From NCBI GenBank assembly GCA_964016885.1, contig OZ024742.1:356004001-356068000 (forward strand): a DNA stretch of 64,000 nt, given 5' to 3'. The notes beneath the pieces are model-generated. The model was given only the letters and a program-made list of their open reading frames with translations, was not told where the DNA came from and ran no database searches. Of this stretch, positions 54,901-64,000 are shown in pieces; within the stretch, counting starts at the first letter, position 1; each line of letters begins with the position of its first letter. The position numbers were made by a program, and so were the translations under genes. This DNA comes from Eledone cirrhosa (taxonomy: Eukaryota).

Positions 54901-55478
54901 TGAATATACACATCCTTTCAATGATATATACACATATTTCAATACTATCCTTACTGAATATACACATCCTTTCAATGATATATACACATATTTCAATACT
55001 ATCCTTACTGAATATAGACATCCTTTCAATGATATATACACATATTTCAATACTATCCTTACTGAATATAGACATCCTTTCAATGATATATACACATATT
55101 TCAATACTATCCTTACTGAATATAGACATCCTTTCAATGATATATACACATATTTCAATACTATCCTTACTGAATATACACATCCTTTCAATGATATATA
55201 CACATATTTCAATACTATCCTTACTGAATATAGACATCCTTTCAATGATATATACACATATTTCAATACTATCCTTACTGAATATACACATCCTTTCAAT
55301 CATATATACATATATTTCAATACTATCCTTACTGAATATAGACATCCTTTCAATGATATATACACATATTTCAATACTGTCCTTACTGAATATAGACATC
55401 CTTTCAATGATATATACACATATTTCAATACTATCCTTACTGAATATACACATCCTTTCAATCATATATACATATATT
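48968..55478. repeat. 54-bp tandem satellite array, about 120 copies
   Basis: Unit tatttcaatactatccttactgaatata(g/c)acatcctttcaatgatatatacaca. One 22-bp partial duplication occurs at ~50320. Confidence 0.98.
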
Positions 55479-55959
55479 CTAAAGTGTTGATTGTTTATGT
55501 CTGTCTAATATCGATGGATATTAAATCAAAATAGTTTTACATTATAAAAAGAAATAACAGTTTTACTGTATTTTAATTTATGAACAGAAAAATCAATTAT
55601 ATAAATAAACAATTAAATAAAATATATTTTGTTAATACATAGCAATAAGACTATTTCCAAATATTAGACTACCAACATACTTATATTTTTTATTCCATCA
55701 ACTTCACTCAAATTCTTTCAAATAACCACAAAATAGTTCCTTTGACGCAATATTACTTCACTTAAATTTTCATTGGGATGGAGTGAAAAACACTCAATAT
55801 TTTGTATATATGTATATGTGGTTTGGCAGGATTGATGAAATTCCTACTGTTATTCACAAAATATACATACCTGGCAACTTCTAAAAACCTAAACGGCGGT
55901 ACCATGAAAAAAGTGTCCCAAAGCGGGGAGAAATTAGGCAAAATGGGGAGATTTTACAT

Positions 55960-56148
55960 AATTGTTTCTACTTTTGGCACACGGCCAGCAATTGTCCAGT
56001 ACATTACTGGTACTTTATCTGATCGACCCCGTAAGGATAAAAGGCAAAGTTAACCTCGGTGGGATTTGAACTCAGACCGTAAAGGGACGTAACTATGCTG
56101 GAAAGCATGGCGTCTGACGCACCACCAATACTGCCAATCCACTGTCCT
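55960..56148 (-). mobile_element. Meta-type SINE
   Basis: Matches the 35550 family. Confidence 0.85.
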
Positions 56149-56424
56149 TTTACATAATGAAAACTATGCCCCTTTTAACAACAGAAGAAATCTGTCACCC
56201 TCTTTCAGGTGGGTAACAGATCTCCCAGTCGGACAGGGTGAGTTGACATGTCTGTATATGGGTCAAATGTTACAAATCATAATAACAACGTTTATATTTA
56301 AATAACTAAAGTACAAAGCATATAATAAATTTACAGTAGAATAACATAACAAATGTTTTAAATATATACATAAATAACATTACAAATGCTTAAATAACAT
56401 TATAAATTTCTCGTGATTCTTTCA

Positions 56425-56757
56425 GGATATATTCTTTTAATGTTGAAATATTAAAGAGAATGTAAAGGAAGGGGTGAACAACCGAGCGAACACCAGAGCA
56501 AAAAACAGCAGCGTCACGAGGAGTACCGGGCAACCTCTCTAATGATTTCGGCGGCAAGCCAGCACACTCGCAGCGTTGCCTCGGGTGATGGCGAGGATAA
56601 TGCGCTGAAACAACCAAACGCCTTCGTGAGATATGCCAAAAATCATTAGAGAGGTTGCCCGGCACTCCTCGCGACGCTGCTGTCTTTTGCTCTGGTGTTG
56701 GCTCAGTTGTTCACCACTTCGTTTACATTTTCTTTAATATTGCAACATTAAAAGAAT
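56425..56757. mobile_element. CRE-type LINE 3' end with an inverted partial copy (fold-back)
   Basis: 56425-56632 matches 57681-57890. 56633-56757 is an inverted copy of its 3' part (aatcattagagaggttgcccgg.actcct). Confidence 0.8.
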
Positions 56758-56769
56758 AACTAAAGTGTT

Positions 56770-57620
56770 CTGTAATGAAAGCATTTCCAAATAAATTTGG
56801 AAACTTATACTCCAATACCGCCGGAATTTTAATTAAATCCAACTTTAGAAATAATTATCAGTAAACTATTATCTGTAATTATTTTGAATTTTAAATTGTT
56901 AAATGTTCTAACATCTCTTATTACCAATTAAGGTAATTACATTTGGATTACCTCAAAATGGATGTTGATCTGTGTCAGAGAAAATTAACTAAATTGAAAA
57001 ATGTTATTTGTTAGGAAGAATATAGGATATAATATGTAGTCACCGTTTGTTATGTGAGGAAGCTGAAACGAGTGAAAAACCAGAGGTGAAGGATGAAAAT
57101 AAAAACATTTCACATGAAGGTAGATAGGTGTAATACCTCAAATAATTACATGTACCTAATTTTATTCATAAGGCTTGTATCAACCCGAAGCTATGAGAAA
57201 GAAAGTTTCCGAAGATTCGATGCAATGGGATTGTACATAGTACCTTATAATTTCAAAGAAAACCTCCTTACCATTCAGCCGTGTTGCATTCAATTACAAA
57301 CTAAATCAGAGGATGCTGGTGATGTCATCCGACATTATATCCAGGCAATACAAAATGTTGCAATGGATGCAAACAAAAGGCATTGGAACAGTTAAACGCC
57401 TCACATACATCGCCTGCTACTTAGTAACTATGACAGAAACTTTGTCAACGGCCCAAAAGCCACATCGCACCACTGCAAAAAAGTATGCATCAAATCCTGA
57501 TGAAAAATGAAATTTATCTTTCGTTCACTTGGAATAGAGAGAAATCTTTGAGCCTTAAACTATACCTGAGATAGCAATTTGAATAACAAATGATCATTTA
57601 AAGACAATATTTATCAAAGA
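56770..57620 (+). pseudogene. Possible highly degraded DNA-transposase (hAT-like) remnant
   Basis: Weak resemblance only: CIQLQTKSEDAGDVI..IQAIQNV and a possible SIE-like C-terminal remnant. Many stops. Confidence 0.2.
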
Positions 57621-57680
57621 ATGAATTAAACTGACATCCTAAAAGAAGAGTTGTATTTTTTGTTTTTTTCTTTCAGAAAG

Positions 57681-58082
57681 ATATATTCTTTTAATGTTAC
57701 AATATTAAAGAAAATGTAAAGGAAGGGGTGAACAACCGAGTTAACACCAGAGCAAATGACAGCAACGCCGCAAGGAGTACCGGGCAACCTCTCTAATGAT
57801 TTTTTAGGCAAGCCACCGCACTCGCAGCGTTGCCTCGGGTGATGGCGAGGCTAATGCGCTGGAACAACCAAGCGCCCTCGCGAGATTCGCCAGTTACCTC
57901 TATTAGGCGAGCCGCCAGTGAAGGGAGGAACCTCGCAGTCAGCGGCCCGACTTCCCCAAACGTCTCGAAAGCCACAGGCTGAAAAATGTAGCTGGCCAAC
58001 AGATCACAGTATTTGAGGGTCTTACTCCGCTCGGTTGCAGAAGCTGTGGCTCTCGTCCTAACCGCAGCATCCAGGATGTGTT
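57681..58082 (-). mobile_element. CRE-clade non-LTR retrotransposon C-terminal (RLE) fragment
   Basis: ATERSKTLKYCDLLASYIFQPVAFETFGEVG...RLIEVTGESREGAWLFQRISLAITRGNAAS. An older plus-strand scrap lies at 58730-58815 and a 3' scrap at 59125-59185. Confidence 0.85.
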
Positions 58083-60175
58083 ATTGATAAATAGTACTCA
58101 ACGCGATAAATAACATCTGAATTTAGATATAAAACAAGGCCCGACTAACCGAATTACCTCTTGACAATGAAATCCGGGTTGATACGATAAAGAAAAGGTT
58201 TCAGTTATCAGCATCACGTGACGTTTTAAAGCAAATTGAAGCTGATAAATCATATCTGAGTAATTTAGCGCATGTAACGTCAGCTCAGTGTGAATCTTAA
58301 CTTCACAATTCCATAATATACGTTATAAGATATATTTTATTATTTGCCACAAGGGCGCACAAGAAAAGAGGTCAATACAAAGACATACGGCGGGGATTTT
58401 ACATACAGACGTGTAAAAACAAATAGAGGGGAGGCGTTACAAATGGGTTGCTTTATACTTCGCAGATAGAACAACCCTCAACTCCGGAGCATATTGTGCA
58501 AACGCTCCTTTCTTCCTTTTTCTTCAACCTACAGGTTTATATACAGAGAAGGCGCAGTCACTCGGGCCATTTTTGCCACATTCAACCACCTTTCAGTGAG
58601 ATCTCATTATAATACACAAGGTAAATGGTGTAAACTGATATTTCATTACTTTGCTTTACTTAGATATATTTTGTATCGATGATTTTGAAGCCTAGATTAT
58701 TTTAGATTACCAAGGTGTCATTTGATAGTCGGTCAGAGTACTTGGTTGTTTCAGCGTCTTAGCCTCACCATCACCAGCGGTAATACTGCGAGCGTGTTGG
58801 CCTGCCTCAAAAATTTCTGTTCACCTTTGTTATGTGCAGCCAATTGTTGCACATGGTTGTTTTGTTTTGGATTCTTATTTTTCTCTCGCTGTGAGCGTAT
58901 ATTTTGGTACGTTGTATTTTTAAGATCCCTAGCTAATTGTAGTTATTATATGTTTTTATACAATATTAAATTATTTTATTCACAGTTGCGTAAATAACAT
59001 TACAAATGGGAGTGGAAATATAAACACATATGATATATACAAAGCATATAAATATATTACAGTGGAATAACATAACAAATATATACATAAATAACATTAC
59101 AAATGCTTGAATAACAGTATAAATGCTGCAATATTAAAGAAAATGTAAAGGAAGGGGTGAACAACCGAGTCAACACCAGAGCAATTCTGAAAACTGTGAA
59201 AAATGTGTAATGTTATTTATACAACTGTGAATAAAAAACATTTAGATTAACATTCTGAGAGATGAACTAATGGTCATACGAGCATTTGAGTGATGCTTGG
59301 TTGGCCATTAGATGGATACATAGGAACAGCATTGAAAATGTCACGAAAAACTGAAGTCAAAGCTGCTGCAAAAGGACTAATATGTCAATGGAATATACTA
59401 TACCTAAGCAATAAAAACACGTATCTAGTTCTCATGTTTTTATTCAATTTCGACAGGAGGGTCGAGCGCGGTTTTAAAAAAACCCAGTCCACTTCTGATA
59501 ACTTTTGAAAAATTTGCCAATCTTGCTTTCTCTCCTCTCGTTGAGGAAAATCCCCAACATCAGATTGTATGTTTAACTGACGAATAAAACCTTATCCGGA
59601 TACTCTGTATTGTTGGAAACGAACAAGGTACAAGACTACATTTGCTTGCAGAATAGGGTGGAAACTCGTCAAATCGGATCAAGGAAACAATGTTTATATT
59701 GGTCTTTCCATTGCTGATACTCTCTACTGGTCACATCTCCCGACAGAAGAAGCAACGAGAAATAAAATGTTTTGCTCAAGGACATATCACCCCGTCCGGG
59801 AATCGAACACATTAATACACGCGTTAGAGATGTAGCATATTTTGTGTAAATAGGTGTAGTGTCCCTCCATTGTAGTTAATGTGCTCTTCCTTCCTGGTAT
59901 AAATTAACAACAAACGTAGGTGGTGACATCAAGTTATAATTAATTTGAAATGTTTAAATAGAAACACGAGAATAACTCTTTTCTGCACATAAATTAATAA
60001 TCTTGTACCTTTTCCATGCACTGCCACATCTAAATTAAACATTCTAGCTTGGGGAAATGCAAGTAAATTGTTATTGAATTTCACAGAATCCTTAGAAATT
60101 ACTTATAAAGATGGCATACAAAGACGGTGATAGTTGTACCTTACCCGTCACTAATATATGTGTGAAATAATATTA

Positions 60176-60381
60176 ATTTCTGATTTGGACACAAGGCTAG
60201 CAATATTTGGGGGAAGAGAACATCGAATCAGTGCGTTACTGGTACTTTATTTTATCGACCCCGTAAGGATGAAATACATAGTTAACCCTGACAGGATTTG
60301 AACTCAGAACGTAAAAGGCCGTAACTATATGTCGCAAAGAATGTTGTCCGACGCTCTACCGATATGCCAATCCAGTACCCC
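60176..60381 (-). mobile_element. Meta-type SINE
   Basis: Matches the 35550 family. Confidence 0.8.
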
Positions 60382-60899
60382 GACATATTTAAATAGTATT
60401 GAATGTGCCATTCCTTGTAAAGGCACGTAATAGTTGACTTCCGATAGGTGGCATCCAATACACCGGAACCTCCTTTAGCTATGACAATACTTCATGTGTC
60501 TAGGTTTTCCGGTGAACCATATTATGTAACCAAATTCTGTGTTTCCAAGTCGTAGCTGAAAGCTTACGGGTAAGTAGAAATACTCCATTTTTAATTTAAT
60601 TTTTAAATTCTCATAAGTTTTAGTTTTTAATATCCTTCGAGTCGTAACTTATTCATAAATTTCTGAAGTTTCAATTTTTTAAATTATTCTGCTTTCTTTA
60701 TAATATTTTATATTTATTTGTTTATATTTCCTTTGATCAACAAACAGGAAAGTTCTAGAGAATATATCAAGCGAAGAACATTGGCTTTTTGAAATTTCTA
60801 TCCCAAATTGCATCGCTTTTATGTAAAGTTATTTGTTTTGTTTTAGAATTCTCTTTATTCAGAATCATTTATTATTATTATTATTATATATATATATAT

Positions 60900-61097
60900 A
60901 GTAGTTCCGCAACAGTTAGTTCACCATACCGAGAACAAATGTTTCACCTTATTCGGATACTCAGATCGGTCTGAGGACATCTCTAAGGTGAAACACTTGT
61001 TCTCGGTATGGTGAACTAACTGTTGCGGAACTACTTCTACCAAACTCGCCCCATTGACTGTGTGCTCTACTACTACGGACATAACCCACCAGTGTTC

Positions 61098-61100
<3 letters not shown>
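60900..61100. mobile_element. Mini fold-back centred on back-to-back hammerhead-like cores, in (TA)n
   Basis: Arms 60900-60965 and 60970-61035. Plus strand: CTGAGGA-c-atct-cta-aggt-GAAA-cacttg-TTC-tcgg. Minus strand: ccga-t-CTGAGTA-tccgaataaggt-GAAA-catttg-TTC-tcgg. Confidence 0.75.
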
Positions 61101-61136
<36 letters not shown>

Positions 61137-61429
61137 GAAGAGAGGTGGTTTTAAATATACATCTCCTGTTTAATACATAATCCTGTTGTACATATTTCGA
61201 AGACGTCAAACTGATTGCGTAATAACCGATTATCTGATCAACAAACTTTCCTAAAGTGAATAATATATATATATATATATATATATATTGTGTGTATGTG
61301 TGTTTATGTATATGCATTTGTATGTATATTTATGTATTTATGTGCATATACGTAAATACTTTGTCAGACGAAATTTCATGAATAGTAATACCAAATATCT
61401 TGCATTTGATCTTCGGAAAATGCATCATA

Positions 61430-61610
61430 ATTGTTTCTAATTTTGGCACAAAGCCAGAAATCGCCCAATACATTACTGGTACTTTATTTTATCGACCCCG
61501 TAAGGATGAAAGGCAAAGTTAACCTTGCCGAGATTTGAATTCAGACCGTAAAAGGACGTAACTACGCTGGAAAGCATGTCCGTCCCTCTACCGGTACTGC
61601 CAATTCACCA
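61430..61610 (-). mobile_element. Meta-type SINE
   Basis: Matches the 35550 family. Confidence 0.85.
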
Positions 61611-62429
61611 TGCATCATAATAATGGCATGTCTAATGGACTCATGCTGATTGGATAGAATGGAAGAAAAGGAACGTATTGACTGGCAATATAACGGGCAG
61701 TGAAAAATAAAAGGTCTGTTATAGGAGTGAAGATAAGGTTATGCAAAACAAAATAATTAATGATAAACTTTCTGCAAAATACTGCAGCTTCAATTAACGA
61801 TTTCAATTCCCAAAGCATTTTCAACAACAATAAAACAACCACGTCTCTTGCCTAAAATTGTCCTAACCCCCGATAATTTCCCTTATAATTGTAATTGCTT
61901 TTCGCAAGCTTTAGTATATTGCAGTAAGGTGTAACAATACAATAGCTGTATGTCAAGTCTTATATTGGACTGACAGGAAATTGCTTAAGGCTTGCTTTTA
62001 TTAACATATCCATTTATTCTTCCTTTCGTTACCCCAGATAAAATTACAACAAGGCTTTCTAAGCATGTTTGGTTTCTAAAGAGAACAAGTCCACCGGCTT
62101 TTAAAATCAAATGGTGAAACAATGAATGAGATTTATCCTATGTATATATTAGATTTTCTTTCAGTTTGCATTAGAAATCATTCCTAAGTGAAACGTGGTG
62201 TAAAGGAGGGGTGTGAAAGGATGGATTGTTGTACCCATGTTTTAAAACATTTATTTTCCAACTATGTACTAATATGCGAATGATTTCAAGAATATTGCAT
62301 ATATCAATAATATAAATCCTATCACATCCAGATGGTTTCAAAGTAGTCTTAAAGTGTAAGTTTTCTTCAACAGTTACGTTTTCACACTTAGGTTATACTT
62401 TTTTTAATTCATAGTGCGCTGAATGGACC

Positions 62430-62630
62430 GTATCGGTGGCGATTAGGAGAAAGTGCCTTACAGAATTTAGTTAGGACTTTCTGAGTTCAATTCCAACCGA
62501 GATCAACGTTGCTTTTCACTTTTCCAGGATCGATAAAATAAAGTACCAGTTATATACTTTTGTCTATATATATGACCTTCCTCTTCTCCCCGATGTTGCT
62601 CATACTGTGCTAATGATAGAAACAATTATT
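62430..62630 (+). mobile_element. Old Meta-type SINE
   Basis: ctgagttcaattcc...gcttttcac...tcgataaaataaagtaccag...tagaaacaattatt. Confidence 0.7.
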
Positions 62631-63768
62631 TCAATTCACGCTCATATACACAGGTTTCTTGATATATCCAGATATATCCAGAATGCAGAGCCTTCTCACT
62701 CCTGTTGGAGAAAGTCCTACCTGGTTGTCCACTTTCCATCTCTGGCCATGGGAAACCGAGGTATCGGGTCATATCATTGCATCAACTGGCTTTTAGCCAC
62801 TCTCTGGTTCTTCTTTACAGAATTCCATACTTTTCATAGTGTTATTTCTACTTTATATATTCCATCTTCCCTTCACTAAATGGTAACTGTTTTCTATCTT
62901 TAAAATGAATATTACATTTTTAACAACTAATATCATTTTGATCCATTTTATCCTCTCATCAATTGTTACGTCTCCACTGATTAATATGTTCGTTTTTGTA
63001 ATCTCTGATGATTGGAAACCAGAGACTCAGTGGAGAAATTATTAAAATTTCTGCTTTTAATATATATAGATAAATATATATGATTTCATATTGGATGTTT
63101 GTAGGTCATATAAATAATGACATTATAATGTCTGCAAAATCAATGCTAGATGTTATGAGATGTTTTTCTGACACTTTTGTTTACTTAGTAACGATGTCAT
63201 GTATGGCAAACTGATATGAATTTATAGTATGACAAACATTAAGTTTACTTCTCTGATCGCATGGTAACTAATAATCTTGAGCTTCATCAATATACGTGTT
63301 GATAACATGAAGAAGATAAGTGATGGTATTTTGGCACGAATCACAAGGTTCATAAAGTAAAATAATAAATAACTATACAATTGAGATTGTTTCGTTGTAG
63401 CTAGAAGTTTCATGGTTTAGCAGATCACACAACTTCACAATAACTCTCTACATCTGTATGTTTCTCTATATTAGGATTTACAAGAATAAATTTGATTGGT
63501 AGGAAATTATGTCATTGTATTGGTGGCAATATATATATATCTTTCAAGTGCCAAAAAAATCAAAACCTATTTTCCGACAAAAAAGGAAAATTATATATTT
63601 ATAACTTTGCATGTCTGAAAAACTGTTGAAACAGGCTGAGCACTGTTTTCCTGGTTCTTCCATCTAGTGATTTATATATATATATATATATATATACATT
63701 ATATATATATATATATACATTATATATATATATATATATATATACATTATATATATATATATATATAC

Positions 63769-63803
<35 letters not shown>

Positions 63804-63820
63804 ATAATAATAAATGTGAA

Positions 63821-64000
63821 AACTAAAATCCGAAGAAGAGGGATCGATAGGGATAATACCTATATCAAATGTATAGGAGCCCTAGAGCAAATAGTTATTA
63901 AAGTTACAGATTAAATTTTAAGCAAAGATCGCTGCTTTCACCCTTACGGGGTCTTCTGAAGACCCCGTTAAGGGTGAAAGCAGCGATTCTTTGCTTAAAC
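63821..64000. mobile_element. Fold-back of the PLE terminus found at 4210-4368, truncated by the window end
   Basis: 63821-63956 is a diverged reverse complement of ~4213-4368. The sequence turns around at ~63957 (gggtcttc-t-gaagaccc). Confidence 0.85.

Noticed and set aside
48968-55478. CRISPR-like array
   Set aside because: Units are contiguous with no unique spacers, no cas genes are present, and the context is eukaryotic.
48876-55534. ORFs of 481-2196 aa as real repeat proteins
   Set aside because: They are translations of a 54-bp satellite, open on both strands and in several frames, with no unique domain.

Overview
Eukaryotic, very AT-rich, repeat-dense DNA, most likely intronic or intergenic sequence of an octopod cephalopod. 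That inference rests on tRNA-derived SINEs resembling octopus OR-type SINEs, RTE LINEs with (GAT)n tails and abundant (TA)n tracts. No intact host gene can be demonstrated. The window is mostly retroelement debris: Penelope-like elements (PLEs), RTE, CR1, Tx1/L1, R4/Dong and CRE-type LINE fragments, two SINE families, piggyBac-type MITEs and possible solo LTRs. It also holds a 28S rRNA fragment, several minisatellites and a 6.5-kb array of 54-bp repeats, which explains the 1500-2200 aa ORFs. Three observations stand out: (1) recurrent fold-back PLE derivatives, mostly in (TA)n tracts, several with the inversion centre directly at a hammerhead-ribozyme core; (2) a C4HC3 PHD finger inside the RT domain of a young RTE family; (3) a 5'-to-5' fusion of two LINEs from different clades within a (TTA)n tract. 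All calls come from reading motifs by eye, with no database search.
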